DNA of 61,843 nucleotides, filler included. It is 4 parts of 4 records of this genome, joined end to end, with 100 filler letters (N's around TTAATTAATTAA, not from the genome) between each part and the next. Parts side by side here need not be neighbours in the genome. Positions count along the whole stretch, not along the records: positions 26,255 to 39,357 come from SRR31156797_3448; positions 39,458 to 54,350 come from SRR31156797_3451; 2 more parts are not named here. One strand, 5' to 3'. Both the position numbers and the translations under genes were made by a program. The notes under the pieces were generated by a model that saw only the letters and a program-made list of their open reading frames with translations, did not search any database and was not told where the DNA came from. Positions 30,123 through 40,506 of the stretch are shown here, in pieces. Position 1 is the first letter of the stretch. The number at the start of each line of letters is the position of its first letter.

Positions 30123-31088
30123 CTAGGGCAATGGTGTCTGCTGGAGGATATGGGTAATAACCTTATCCGGAGTTATGCCTTCTGCTTCTGCTTCAAAGGT
30201 AAGCAAAATTCGGTGACGGAGTACATCCCATGCAATATCCTGAATGTCCTCCGGAATGACATAGTCGCGTCCGCGAAGCCAAGCCAGGGCCCTGCTGCAT
30301 CGATCCAATGAGATGGCCCCTCGGGGACTGGCTCCATATTGAATCCAACGGTCGGTTTCGAGGCTGCCCGTTGTGGAGCTGTGGGTGGCCTGGATGAGTT
30401 GGAGGATATATTCTTCCAGGGAATCCGTCATGTGTGTGTTCAGGACCTGATCCCGAGCTGCAAAAATTGATTGTTGACTGACAATTGAGGCGGCTTCCCT
30501 TGGGGGCCGGTCTGATCTGGCCTCATCACGGGCAAGCCGGAGAATGGCGCGACCGGAATCAATGTCAGGGTAATCAACCGTTATATGGAGCAGGAAACGA
30601 TCCAGCTGGGCCTCTGGTAAGGGATAGGTGCCTTCCTGTTCGATGGGATTTTGGGTTGCCATGACCAGGAAAAGCGGAGGCAGGGAATAAGTGGTGGAGC
30701 CTACGGTAATCTGTCGTTCAGCCATGGCCTCAAGCAGTGCTGATTGCACCTTTGCCGGGGCACGGTTGATTTCATCTGCCAAAACAAGGTTGTGAAAAAG
30801 CGGTCCTTCTTGAAAGGAGAACGATCCATCCTGGGGACGAAAAATATCCGTTCCTGTCAGGTCGGCAGGCAGCAGATCCGGTGTGAACTGAATCCTGTGG
30901 AAATCACCTTCCAGGCGTTGGCTGAGGACTCGAACAGCCCTGGTTTTGGCGAGGCCTGGCGCACCTTCAACCAGAAGGTGCCCATCTGCAAGCAGGGCGA
31001 TAAGGAGTCGTTCTACTAGTTTTTCCTGGCCGATAATCTGTTGTTGGATGGAATGGCTGAGGCGATGTATTTCTTCTTGCAGGGTCAT
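30123..31088 (-). CDS. moxR: MoxR-family AAA+ ATPase
   Basis: GAPGLAKT, RIQFTPDLLPAD, DEINRAPAKVQSALLE and YPLPEAQLDRF; start trimmed to MTLQEE. Confidence 0.95.
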   Translation of the reverse strand: MTLQEEIHRLSHSIQQQIIGQEKLVERLLIALLADGHLLVEGAPGLAKTRAVRVLSQRLEGDFHRIQFTPDLLPADLTGTDIFRPQDGSFSFQEGPLFHNLVLADEINRAPAKVQSALLEAMAERQITVGSTTYSLPPLFLVMATQNPIEQEGTYPLPEAQLDRFLLHITVDYPDIDSGRAILRLARDEARSDRPPREAASIVSQQSIFAARDQVLNTHMTDSLEEYILQLIQATHSSTTGSLETDRWIQYGASPRGAISLDRCSRALAWLRGRDYVIPEDIQDIAWDVLRHRILLTFEAEAEGITPDKVITHILQQTPLP

Positions 31089-31319
31089 GATTGCGTATTT
31101 CAAATGATTTGTTTTCGAATTTTTCTGTCCACAGATACACCTTACAGCCATAGCTGTCAAGATTGTGAAAGGGGAGGAGCATTGAGGAGATGATTCTTTC
31201 AGGCAGAAAGAGATAATTCTCCTTTTAATGTTATCATGGTTGAAATTGTGACTGTTATTTCTATAATATAAATAAGAGGCGGATAATGATAATTACCATG
31301 TTAAAGGCTGAACCCCGTT

Positions 31320-31674
31320 ATGTGGTATTCGATTTATACTGTGGGCGACATCGATATCGATCAGGAGCATGCAAATATCGATCTTATGCTTTCCGCGCTT
31401 ACCAGCGAGTCAGGTGAGACACAGCGTAATGCCCTTGAACATCTTGTCGATTTAATTATTCAGCATTTTTCAAACGAGGAAGCGATTGCAAAAAAAACGC
31501 GGATACAAAATGACTGACAAGCACCTCGCTAAGCATCAGCAGTTGACCAAAGAACTGCAGATGATGAAACAAAACCTGCAGAATCCTGATACACCGTTGC
31601 TATTCATTCCGAGGATGCTGCAGGATATTCTCAAATCACATATCTTTGAATTTGACCGTTTCCTGATCCCTTAA
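31320..31674 (+). pseudogene. Single-domain bacteriohemerythrin split by a 1-nt frameshift
   Basis: ORF1 has W..Y.VG...ID.EH and HFSNEE; ORF2 has HLAKH and HIFEFD. Deleting one A from the A8 run at 31490-31497 joins them. Confidence 0.8.
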
Positions 31675-31836
31675 ACTGCTGTCTGCTTCCTCTCCCTGCC
31701 ACTTTACCACATCCATTAATTATTAAGGAAAAGCATTTCTCGAAAAACAAAATCGGGGTAGGGTGTGGAGATGTGTTTTTGGGGAAAATATATGTAGCAG
31801 TTTGCTGTTATTACTTGATTTTATGGAGGAAAGACC

Positions 31837-32691
31837 GTGAGTCAACCACCTGTTTTAAATCTTGGTTCAATTACTATTACTTGGCTTTGCGGCGGGTACA
31901 ATCAGCTGGATGGCGGCGCTATGTTTGGGGCGGTACCCAAGATAATGTGGAGCAGACAATGCCCTCCTGATGCCGAAAATTACTTTGATCTCATCAATAA
32001 CCCTTTACTGGTGCGGACTCCTGATGCCAATATTATTATTGATACTGGGCTCGGTAATAAGTTGACCGAAAAACAGAAAAAAATATTCCGGGTCACTAAA
32101 GAGTGGGCAGTTATTGAAGAACTGCGTGCATGGGGACTGCAGAGAGAGGATATCGATGCGGTAATCTTCACCCATGGCGATTTTGACCACGCCGGAGGGG
32201 CGGTCATGGTAAGCAATGACGGTTCCTATGAGCCGACCTATCCCAATGCACGGTATATTCTCCAGCAAAAGGAATGGGAAGATATCAGTGCCCCCAATAT
32301 CAGGGCAGCCCATACGTATTTTCCAGTGAATTTTGCTGAGTGTGAGAAACGGGGCCTGCTTGAACTTGTTGATGGTGACCGGGAAGTCATACCAGGGGTT
32401 ACGGTCAGGTTAAGCGGTGGTCATACGCGGGGACATCAGATTATTGCCATGGAGGGGAGTGAAGGGGGAGCTGTTCATATGGGTGATCTTTTTCCCACTC
32501 ACCACCATAGCAACCCGCTTTGGGTAATGGCCTACGACAATTTCCCCCTGGATGTAATTGAGCGTAAAGTAGCTTTTTTTAAAGAGTATGGTGAAAAAAA
32601 ATGGTGGTTTACCTTTTATCACGATTTTGACATGCGGGCCTGCCGCCTTAATGTGGATCATACTATTATTGAAACCTTTGGCGCTTCCTGA
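31837..32691 (+). CDS. YtnP-like MBL-fold metallo-hydrolase
   Basis: LDGGAMFGAVPK, IDTGLGNK, THGDFDHAGG, GGHTRGHQ, GDLFP, WVMAYD and FYHD. Confidence 0.88.
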   Translation: MSQPPVLNLGSITITWLCGGYNQLDGGAMFGAVPKIMWSRQCPPDAENYFDLINNPLLVRTPDANIIIDTGLGNKLTEKQKKIFRVTKEWAVIEELRAWGLQREDIDAVIFTHGDFDHAGGAVMVSNDGSYEPTYPNARYILQQKEWEDISAPNIRAAHTYFPVNFAECEKRGLLELVDGDREVIPGVTVRLSGGHTRGHQIIAMEGSEGGAVHMGDLFPTHHHSNPLWVMAYDNFPLDVIERKVAFFKEYGEKKWWFTFYHDFDMRACRLNVDHTIIETFGAS

Positions 32692-32705
32692 AAGAGAATA
32701 GGAAT

Positions 32706-33731
32706 ATGGATACTATTGATTTACGCAGTGATACTGTAACCAAACCGACCAGGGAAATGCGCCAGGCAATCCTCAATGCCGAGGTCGGCGACGATGTGTA
32801 TGGAGAGGACCCGACGGTTAACCGTCTTGAATCTCTGGCCGCAGAGCTTCTTGGTACTGAATCGGCTGTTTTTGCAAGCAGTGGGACCCAGACCAATCTC
32901 CTTGCTCTGCTTGTCCACTGTGGGCGTGGTGATGAATATATTGTCGGCCAGCAGGCACATACATACAAGTATGAGGGCGGTGGTGCTGCCGTGTTGGGCT
33001 CTATCCAACCACAGCCCCTTGATTTTCAGATTGACGGCACCTTTGATCTGGCCAAGGTCAGCCAGGTGGTAAAACCTATTGATGTCCATTTTGCACGTAC
33101 GCGCCTGCTCTGTCTGGAAAATACCCATAACGGGCTGGCACTCCCCCTGGAGTACCAGCAACAGGCACGTAAGTGTGCTGATGCAAACAACCTGCGCCTG
33201 CATTTAGACGGGGCCCGTCTTTGTAATGCTGCTGTTTACCACCAAGTGTCGATGGATCGGGTCGCAGCTTCCTTTGATTCTGTTTCCCTTTGTCTTTCCA
33301 AGGGATTAGGTGCTCCTGTGGGGTCTGTTTTATGCAGCAGCAGGGAGTTTACCCAAGAGGCTCGTCGCTGGAGAAAGATGCTTGGTGGAGGAATGCGTCA
33401 GGCAGGGATTCTTGCTGCCGCTGGGATGTATGCGCTCCAACATCATGTGGAGCGGATCCAGGAGGACCATGCTCATGCCGAAATGCTTGCACATGGGTTG
33501 GAAGCTATAGAAGAGGTTACGGTTGATTTTGCCCCATCACAGACCAATATGGTCTTTGTTGATCTTGCCTCTGCTGATGCTGGTCCTTTACAGGAATACC
33601 TGCAGCAGCGAAATATTTTGATCAGCTCAGGGAACAGAGTCAGGCTGGTAACCCACCTTGATATTGACGGTAATGCGATTGCTGGTACTGTTGCTGCCTT
33701 TAAAGCATATTTCAGCAGGGATCGTCGCTAG
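32706..33731 (+). CDS. ltaE: Low-specificity L-threonine aldolase
   Basis: IDLRSDTVT, GDDVYGEDP, HLDGAR, CLSKGLGAPVG and GGGMRQAG. Confidence 0.95.
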   Translation: MDTIDLRSDTVTKPTREMRQAILNAEVGDDVYGEDPTVNRLESLAAELLGTESAVFASSGTQTNLLALLVHCGRGDEYIVGQQAHTYKYEGGGAAVLGSIQPQPLDFQIDGTFDLAKVSQVVKPIDVHFARTRLLCLENTHNGLALPLEYQQQARKCADANNLRLHLDGARLCNAAVYHQVSMDRVAASFDSVSLCLSKGLGAPVGSVLCSSREFTQEARRWRKMLGGGMRQAGILAAAGMYALQHHVERIQEDHAHAEMLAHGLEAIEEVTVDFAPSQTNMVFVDLASADAGPLQEYLQQRNILISSGNRVRLVTHLDIDGNAIAGTVAAFKAYFSRDRR

Positions 33732-33765
33732 CAAAAGCGCTGTTTTAAGGTGGCCTTGATAGACC

Positions 33766-34431
33766 TCAGGTGGGGAGTGTGAGTCTTACCTCTGTAGATA
33801 AAACCGTGCCTTTGGGAAAGTTCACTGTTGATCCGTGACGTTTGATTGCCAGGAATGCAGTGCCGGAATTGACGGCAGCTGTCTGGTCTGCCAGGGCATC
33901 ACCGATAAAGAGGCACTGCCCTGGCTGAAATCCGTGTCTGCTGAGAATCTCACCCACTATGACGGTTTTGGTACGTGGAGAGCCGTGCACCTCGAGAAAG
34001 TAGGGGGCAAGGCCTTTTTTATTGACAATGGTTTTCATTTCCTCGTGTGGTGTCCCTGATACCACAAAGGCTGGAATGTGCAGTTTTTGCAACTGCTGCA
34101 AACTGTCAAGCGCACCTGGTATCAGTTCTGCATTAATAACCCCGTCCAGAACCATGGCGGAAAATTCCTTTCCTTTTAGTGCCAGGGTTGCCTGGTCAAT
34201 ATCCATCCCAAGGAGCTCGTTGTAATAATAGATGAATTTCTCAAAACGGGGCATGCCGCCATTGGCAAGGTGGTAAGCGACGACCTGTTGCGTCACCTCT
34301 TCTCCATAGGCAGAAAACATGGTGGCAAAGGCAGTTGTTTTCGCCTGCACAGAATCCGCAATAACGCCGTCAAAATCAAAAAAGACGGCCTGCCAGTTAA
34401 GAGTGTTCATGGGGTGCGAGGAGTAACTCAT
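33766..34431 (-). CDS. HAD-superfamily hydrolase
   Basis: FDFDGVI, VVSG and IGDALAD. Confidence 0.88.
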   Translation of the reverse strand: MSYSSHPMNTLNWQAVFFDFDGVIADSVQAKTTAFATMFSAYGEEVTQQVVAYHLANGGMPRFEKFIYYYNELLGMDIDQATLALKGKEFSAMVLDGVINAELIPGALDSLQQLQKLHIPAFVVSGTPHEEMKTIVNKKGLAPYFLEVHGSPRTKTVIVGEILSRHGFQPGQCLFIGDALADQTAAVNSGTAFLAIKRHGSTVNFPKGTVLSTEVRLTLPT

Positions 34432-34453
34432 TATAATGACGTAATATTAGCCA

Positions 34454-34849
34454 TTAGTTGATAGTTTCGTTGCTGTTTTGCTGCTTAATGGTTTCGAGCA
34501 GGGCCTGCAATCCTACGGCCTGGGCAACAGTCATGAGTTCGTCGTGATGAAAACACCCCGCCATCATCGCTGCAAATTGGGAGCCGAGAAAAATATCATC
34601 AATGTCTGTTGCCTGCTCCAGGAGCTGGCGACATTCTGTTATCTCGTTGTTTTCTGTGGCACGGAGTATGTCGTTGAGCCATTCTAACTGATGTTCCTGA
34701 AAATGAAATTCGACCATTGCTTGAGCATACATGGAAATGATTGAGGCCCGGTAGTCGTATATCTTATCGTAATCTTTATCTTCTGCCGCTTTTAGGACAG
34801 TCGTTATTTCATTCATGAGATCATTCATGCCCAGTGTCTGCTCTGTCAT
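34454..34849 (-). CDS. Hypothetical acidic helical protein
   Basis: 131-aa ORF collinear with neighbours; no recognised motif. Confidence 0.7.
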   Translation of the reverse strand: MTEQTLGMNDLMNEITTVLKAAEDKDYDKIYDYRASIISMYAQAMVEFHFQEHQLEWLNDILRATENNEITECRQLLEQATDIDDIFLGSQFAAMMAGCFHHDELMTVAQAVGLQALLETIKQQNSNETIN

Positions 34850-34877
34850 GTGCTTATCCGATAATAAGAGTTACAAG

Positions 34878-35792
34878 TTATTCTGTATTTGATGCAGGCT
34901 GTTTAATCTTTTTTCCCTTTTCTGTCATCCCCATATACATAGCAATGAGAATCAGAGAGATTCCGATCCAGTTGGCTATGGCAGTGGGCCTGTCAAACAG
35001 TACCACGTCCCAGATAAAGGCAAGGGCTGGTTGGAGGAGCAGGATGAATCCGGTGAGCGAAGTTCGTATCTTGGGCATGGCAAAGACAATAAGCGTCCAG
35101 CCAATTGTTTGGCTGAAGAGGCCAAGACCAAGCAACGCAAGCAGGCTTGCAATTGAAGGGATAGCAAAGGAGGTCGAGGTGGTAGTCATGGCTGTTCCGA
35201 GAAAAAGGGAACTTGCCAGTGAAACCGCCATAAGGCTGTAGAAAAATGACTGCTGCTGATCCTCGGATTGGATCTTTTTTAAACTCAGTATAAAACCACT
35301 GTAACAAATGGCGGTCAGCAGGCCGAACATCACGCCGGTTGTGGTATCTGTCCAGATCAGGAGGTGGGGGATTTCAATCACCAAAAACAGCCCACCTACA
35401 GCAAGAGGGAGGGCAAGCAGAAATCGTAATCGAAGCTGTTCCCCGTATACCCAGTAACCGATGGCAGTCAGGACAAATACCTGGAAATTACCAATAATGG
35501 TTGCCAGGCCTGGACCGATATAGCCAATGCTGGCATGCCAGAAAAAGAGATCCAGGGCAAAGAGCAGACCGCAGAGTGATACCCACTTGATGACATGGGG
35601 GGTGGCCTTTTTCAAGTCGCCGCGCCATGCAGTGGCTGCGACCAGAAAAAGGAAGCCGAAAAAGACCCGGTAAAATGCTGAGGCCATGGGCGGGACGTTT
35701 GCTGCCTTTACCCAGATTGCTGAAAATGAGATAAGACACGCTCCGCACAGGGTGAGCAGTTCAGGGAGGTGGTGTCTTGCTGTTAATGCCAT
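34878..35792 (-). CDS. EamA/DMT-family transporter
   Basis: About 10 TMs in two repeats; AFYRVFFG and LLQP. Confidence 0.88.
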   Translation of the reverse strand: MALTARHHLPELLTLCGACLISFSAIWVKAANVPPMASAFYRVFFGFLFLVAATAWRGDLKKATPHVIKWVSLCGLLFALDLFFWHASIGYIGPGLATIIGNFQVFVLTAIGYWVYGEQLRLRFLLALPLAVGGLFLVIEIPHLLIWTDTTTGVMFGLLTAICYSGFILSLKKIQSEDQQQSFFYSLMAVSLASSLFLGTAMTTTSTSFAIPSIASLLALLGLGLFSQTIGWTLIVFAMPKIRTSLTGFILLLQPALAFIWDVVLFDRPTAIANWIGISLILIAMYMGMTEKGKKIKQPASNTE

Positions 35793-35819
35793 AAGGGGGA
35801 GCGTCTAAATACGTTTTTG

Positions 35820-37910
35820 TTACTGTGCTGCCTGTGCCTGGATTGCGGTTATGGCAACGGTGTTGATAATGTCTGCCACTGAACATCCTCTGCTCAAATC
35901 ATTGACTGGTTTGTTCAGTCCTTGAAGGATGGGGCCAATGGCTACGGCTCCTGATGAACGTTGTACAGCTTTGTAGGTATTGTTGCCGGTGTTTAAATCC
36001 GGGAAGATTAAAACCGTCGCCTTGCCTGCCACTTTGCTGTCTGGCATTTTTTTGCGGGCAACTGAAGGATCAATGGCAGCATCATACTGGATTGGACCGT
36101 CAATGTTAAGATCTGGTCGTCTATTTCTGGCAATGGCAACAGCTTCACGCACGTGGTCAACATCACTCCCCTGGCCGGATGCTCCGCTGGAATAGGAGAG
36201 CAGGGCGACAACAGGTTCTATATTGAACATGGTTGCCGTATTGGCAGAGCTGATAGCTATTTCGGCAAGTTCCTCACTGTCGGGGTTGGGGTTTACTGCA
36301 CAGTCCCCATATACCAGTACCTTGGTTTCAAAACACATGAGAAAGACGCTGGAAACCATCAGGACATCTGGGTCAGTCCTGATCAGCTGGAAAGCTGGCT
36401 GAATCGTGTGCTGGGTGGTATGGGCGGCTCCTGAAACCATACCGTCTGCCATGTTCTCATGCACCATCATGGTGCCGAAACAACTGACATTGGTTATGCG
36501 ATCATAGGCAAAGTCCTGGGTCATCCCTTTATGACATCGCAAGGTGTACAGGGTCTGTGCATAATGTTTTCGCAGGGTTGAAGTGTGGGGATCAATAATG
36601 GCAACATCCTGTAGTTTGAGGCCCAGTTGGGCAGAACGATTTTTTATCTGTTCCTCATTACCGAGAATGGTCAGGTTGACAACGTCGCGCAGCCGGAGAA
36701 TTTCCGCTGCCTGGAGAATTCGGTCATCATTACCTTCCGGGAGAACAATATGCTGTTTGTCGGTTCTGGCACGTTTGAAAAGAGAGTATTCAAACATGAG
36801 TGGTGAGATCGCGGTTGGAACCGTATGCACAATCTTTTGTTCAAGGGCCTCTGTGTCAACATGAGATTCGAACATTCCCAAGGCTTTGGCAATTTTTTTC
36901 TCATTGGATGCACGGAGTATACCGGGTACTTCACCTGCTTGCATGGCCGTTCGGTAGGTATCCGTTGCAACGGTGTAGATAGGAATGGTTGACTCTTTCA
37001 TTCCTTTAAGCAGGTTCTGCATTGATGCACTCGGCTGAATGTCACCTGTCAGTATGAGACCGGCAGCTGAGGCGCAGTTTTTGGAAATAATGGCCGCCAT
37101 GGTGGCGAGGATAATATCTGGCCGGTCACCAGGTGTTATGATCAGGTCATCCTCTTTAACGAGTTTCAGATAATTATTAATACTCATTGCTGCAACGGTG
37201 ATATCGCCGACATCCCTGAGTAAGCGATTTTTTGGGCCTGAATAATATTTTGCGCCTAGAGCCGTTGTGATATCTTCCATGGTGGGTTGACGGAGGCTGT
37301 CAACTTCAGGCAACACGGAAATTAAGCATTTATAGTCAAAGTGGGGAGTGAGCGCTTCTGTCACCTGCCTAAGGATGTCGGGTGTAACACGGTTGACGAT
37401 GATTGCCAACAGATCGCACTGGTGCTGGGCTATGGTGTTGTCTGCCACCTGTATGTTGCGTATTATTTCTTCCATGCTGCAGTCTCGGCCATTTGATACG
37501 TAGAGAGTCGGCGTGCCGAGTTCCCGTGCAATACTGATGCTTATATCGTAATCAAATGCTTCTGACAGGCCGCTAATATTTGGACCTTCGCAGAGAAGAA
37601 AATCTGTTTGGTCAAGGGCTTCACGGTATTTGCTGACTATAGTTCGATAGAGGCGCCGCTCGTCGCCGTCGGCGAGCAGGTTGCGGGCTTGTTCGTGGGT
37701 GATGCCGATCATCTGCTGCGGGCTGAGACTGATGTTGTATCGATGTTTGATTAAATTGATATCATTATCAAAGCTGCCGTTACCAGGGACAACCGGCCGG
37801 AAAAAACCGAGGCGCTTAACCCGTCTGGACAGCAGTTCCATTACCCCTAGGGCTACAACCAGCTTGCCGCTTCCTTTTTCAAGACTTGCAATATAGAGAC
37901 TGTCAGCCAT
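35820..37910 (-). CDS. pta: Phosphate acetyltransferase (long form with DRTGG domain)
   Basis: ITPGDRPD, IVLPEG, DGPIQYDAA, GNNTYKAVQR and PVNDLSRG. Confidence 0.96.
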   Translation of the reverse strand: MADSLYIASLEKGSGKLVVALGVMELLSRRVKRLGFFRPVVPGNGSFDNDINLIKHRYNISLSPQQMIGITHEQARNLLADGDERRLYRTIVSKYREALDQTDFLLCEGPNISGLSEAFDYDISISIARELGTPTLYVSNGRDCSMEEIIRNIQVADNTIAQHQCDLLAIIVNRVTPDILRQVTEALTPHFDYKCLISVLPEVDSLRQPTMEDITTALGAKYYSGPKNRLLRDVGDITVAAMSINNYLKLVKEDDLIITPGDRPDIILATMAAIISKNCASAAGLILTGDIQPSASMQNLLKGMKESTIPIYTVATDTYRTAMQAGEVPGILRASNEKKIAKALGMFESHVDTEALEQKIVHTVPTAISPLMFEYSLFKRARTDKQHIVLPEGNDDRILQAAEILRLRDVVNLTILGNEEQIKNRSAQLGLKLQDVAIIDPHTSTLRKHYAQTLYTLRCHKGMTQDFAYDRITNVSCFGTMMVHENMADGMVSGAAHTTQHTIQPAFQLIRTDPDVLMVSSVFLMCFETKVLVYGDCAVNPNPDSEELAEIAISSANTATMFNIEPVVALLSYSSGASGQGSDVDHVREAVAIARNRRPDLNIDGPIQYDAAIDPSVARKKMPDSKVAGKATVLIFPDLNTGNNTYKAVQRSSGAVAIGPILQGLNKPVNDLSRGCSVADIINTVAITAIQAQAAQ

Positions 37911-38020
37911 GGATCACTCCGTTTCGTTGGTTGTTGTCTGAAAAGTGTATTGTATCCCTTTTGGATGGACCCGTAAAAGGTCCATCACACTTTAAAAAAT
38001 GGGAGCATTTATGCAGGTAC

Positions 38021-39196
38021 TTACAGTGCCGCGTTCAGAATCTCTGCAAGTTCTTGCCGGGAAAGCTTGATTGGATTGCCCTGCATACTGCTTGTCTGTT
38101 CAGCCTTATTGATAAGCTGTTCCATGCTATCTGGCTGCAGGCCGTGGCATCTGAGACCGGGGATTGAGAAGGCGTTCGTCATTTTTTTGATTACAGTGGG
38201 CCCTTCCATGATATCTGCCTGTCTGTTACCTGTCAGCAGGCAGGCAACTTCCCGGTAGCGCAATAAACTCGGATGGTGTGGGGCACGAAGTTGTAATGCC
38301 CGGATATTCGCCTCCATCACATGCGGCAGTAAGGCGGCGCAAACAGCTCCATGGGGTGCTTTAAACATACCTCCAAATGGTCCGGCAAACCCATGTACCG
38401 CACCAAGTTTGGCATTGGCCAATGCCAAACCGCCGTAAAGACTCACCAAAGACATGGATTCTCGCGCCTCCAGATCAGTGCCGTTGTCAAACGCTGCGGC
38501 CAGTGCCTGTGAAGCCCTTTTTATACCATCCCTGCAAAAAATGTCTGTCATTGGGTTGGCCAGGTGCGAAACATAGGGCTCCATAACCTGAGTCAGGGCA
38601 TCCAGCCCGGTATAGGCTGTCAGTCGAGGAGGCGTGCTGGTTGTTAATTCGGGGTCAATTAAGGCGATTTTGGGAAGCATCAAAGGGCTGCGCAGACTGA
38701 CCTTGAGCCTGTGAGAAGGAGATTCGATCACAGCATTGGCAGTTACTTCGGCACCTGTACCGGCAGTTGTAGGTACTGCAATATAGGGGAGGGGGGGGGA
38801 AATCAATGGTTTTCCGCGGCCTATAATTTCCAGATAATCCAACGGGTCGCCTGGATTGGTCAGCAGTACGGCAATTGCTTTCCCTGCATCGATTACACTC
38901 CCTCCCCCAATGCCTATGACCAACTCACATTTGTTACGTCGAGCTTGTTCAACCGCAGCCTCAATCATGCCAACACTTGGCTCTCCCTCAATAGAGAAAG
39001 GTATTGTTTTTAGATTTTTTTGGTGAAGGCTTTCTATTATCGTTGCAATTCGCTGAGGGTGGGCGCCGCAGGCTATCAGCGCCTTTTTACCAAGGGGACT
39101 TGCCAGTCCTGGCAACCTTGCTATGGTGCCGATACCGAAAATAATGCGGCCTGAAGTGGCAAAGTCAAAAGTGTCGGAAGGAAGGGGAGTTGTCAT
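38021..39196 (-). CDS. Iron-containing alcohol dehydrogenase family protein
   Basis: GGGSVIDAGK, PTTAGTGAEVT and GAVHG...PHG; start trimmed to the ATG after AAGGTG. Confidence 0.9.
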   Translation of the reverse strand: MTTPLPSDTFDFATSGRIIFGIGTIARLPGLASPLGKKALIACGAHPQRIATIIESLHQKNLKTIPFSIEGEPSVGMIEAAVEQARRNKCELVIGIGGGSVIDAGKAIAVLLTNPGDPLDYLEIIGRGKPLISPPLPYIAVPTTAGTGAEVTANAVIESPSHRLKVSLRSPLMLPKIALIDPELTTSTPPRLTAYTGLDALTQVMEPYVSHLANPMTDIFCRDGIKRASQALAAAFDNGTDLEARESMSLVSLYGGLALANAKLGAVHGFAGPFGGMFKAPHGAVCAALLPHVMEANIRALQLRAPHHPSLLRYREVACLLTGNRQADIMEGPTVIKKMTNAFSIPGLRCHGLQPDSMEQLINKAEQTSSMQGNPIKLSRQELAEILNAAL

Positions 39197-39357
39197 CTGC
39201 AGCACCTTTTTGATCTAACTTATGTACGCACAAGGAAAGAATGTTTGCAACTATTTAGCAGCACCCAACTATCCACGATCTGCCCACCGAGCATGTTGAT
39301 GTATCGAAGCCGGGGTTTATCTGCTAATCGGTCAGCTTGTGAACATTTGGAGCACTG

Positions 39358-39457
39358 NNNNNNNNNNNNNNNNNNNNNNNNNNNNNNNNNNNNNNNNNNN
39401 NTTAATTAATTAANNNNNNNNNNNNNNNNNNNNNNNNNNNNNNNNNNNNNNNNNNNN
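39358..39457. other. Artificial contig-joining spacer
   Basis: N44-TTAATTAATTAA-N44. Confidence 0.99.
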
Positions 39458-39458
39458 A

Positions 39459-39557
39459 TATTATATTAGATGTTCATATGCAACTGGTATCGAAGAAATA
39501 AAAGAATCGATAAAAAGAATTGGTGATTTTGTAAAAAAACTTGAAATTGTAGAGTAA
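39459..39557 (+). CDS. 3' end of a class I/II PLP-dependent aminotransferase (partial)
   Basis: Reads YYIRCSYATGIEEIKESIKRIGDFVKKLEIVE*, the typical R-x-S-Y-A C-terminus; a terminator follows at about 39584-39614. Confidence 0.7.
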   Translation, partial: YYIRCSYATGIEEIKESIKRIGDFVKKLEIVE

Positions 39558-39813
39558 TATATAGTTTACTATATATTATGATTAAAGGGTGTCATTTTAT
39601 GACATCCTTTTTTTAAAAAAACTTTTACACAGTTTTTTGACATATTCCATAAAAAATAAAACTGGATATAATTGAAAAGATCAGGTATAATATGGTGTTA
39701 ATGTCAATTGATATACATCGTTATTAGTGATAAACGTATTATTTTATTATATTAAATGAAAATAATATCTTTATCATTAAGAAAATTATCTTATGGAAGA
39801 GAAGGGAATAGAT

Positions 39814-40281
39814 ATGGAAAAAAAAGAATTTTCAGATTTTTTGTACAAAGGTCTTATGCCTAGACATTTAGTAATATCTTATAGAGAATTAGAATATTTT
39901 ATTAATCAACAATTAGAACCATTTGATCTTCATAGAGTAGAAGCACTATATTTGATACTTTTACATTTTAACGAAGGTAAAAATCAAAAAGAGATTTCAG
40001 AAATGATGAAAACCGATAATACTCTTACTAGTAAAATTTTGAAAAAACTGGAATCAAAGCAGCTTATCAGAAAAGAAAAAGATGCATATGATAAAAGAGA
40101 GAAAAATATTTACTTAAGTAGAGAAGGTGCTGAACTTATACCTGAGCTGCTGAAAGTATATGAGAATATTGGAACAGTAGCTTTAAAGGGGATTGAACTG
40201 GAAGATTATATAACAGCTCTAAATACATTAGAAAAAGTTATTGATAATCTTCATAGTGAGAATGAAAAAATTAAAAAATAA
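39814..40281 (+). CDS. MarR-family transcriptional regulator
   Basis: NQKEISE...LKKLESKQLI...DKREKNIYLSREG winged helix; terminator hairpin at about 40287-40318. Confidence 0.9.
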   Translation: MEKKEFSDFLYKGLMPRHLVISYRELEYFINQQLEPFDLHRVEALYLILLHFNEGKNQKEISEMMKTDNTLTSKILKKLESKQLIRKEKDAYDKREKNIYLSREGAELIPELLKVYENIGTVALKGIELEDYITALNTLEKVIDNLHSENEKIKK

Positions 40282-40506
40282 GTAATAAAAACGAAATCAT
40301 TTGGTTTCGTTTTTTTTGATTACTTAAAAAAGTATAAATAAGTGACTTCTTTGAATTCTTAATGTTGTCGATGTTCTTTGTTTTTTTGTATCAAAAGATA
40401 CTAAAAAAATTATCTTTTGATACATGAAATATCAAATTTATAGTATACTTAATAATAGCGGAAAATGGAATAAATTACAAAACAGGGAAAAAAGTACGGT
40501 GAAAAA

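Noticed and set aside
26255..31088. moxR-DUF58-DUF4381-VWA-VWA/TPR as a novel system
   Set aside because: This is the well-known, widespread Bat/MoxR operon in its usual order.
38021..39196. DALTQ instead of DALTH in the Fe-ADH
   Set aside because: As far as I recall this is a common subfamily variant, so it is not evidence of novelty.
39206..39357. Short open frame (QCSKC...) at the end of contig 2
   Set aside because: It is too short and truncated, and I recognise no family.
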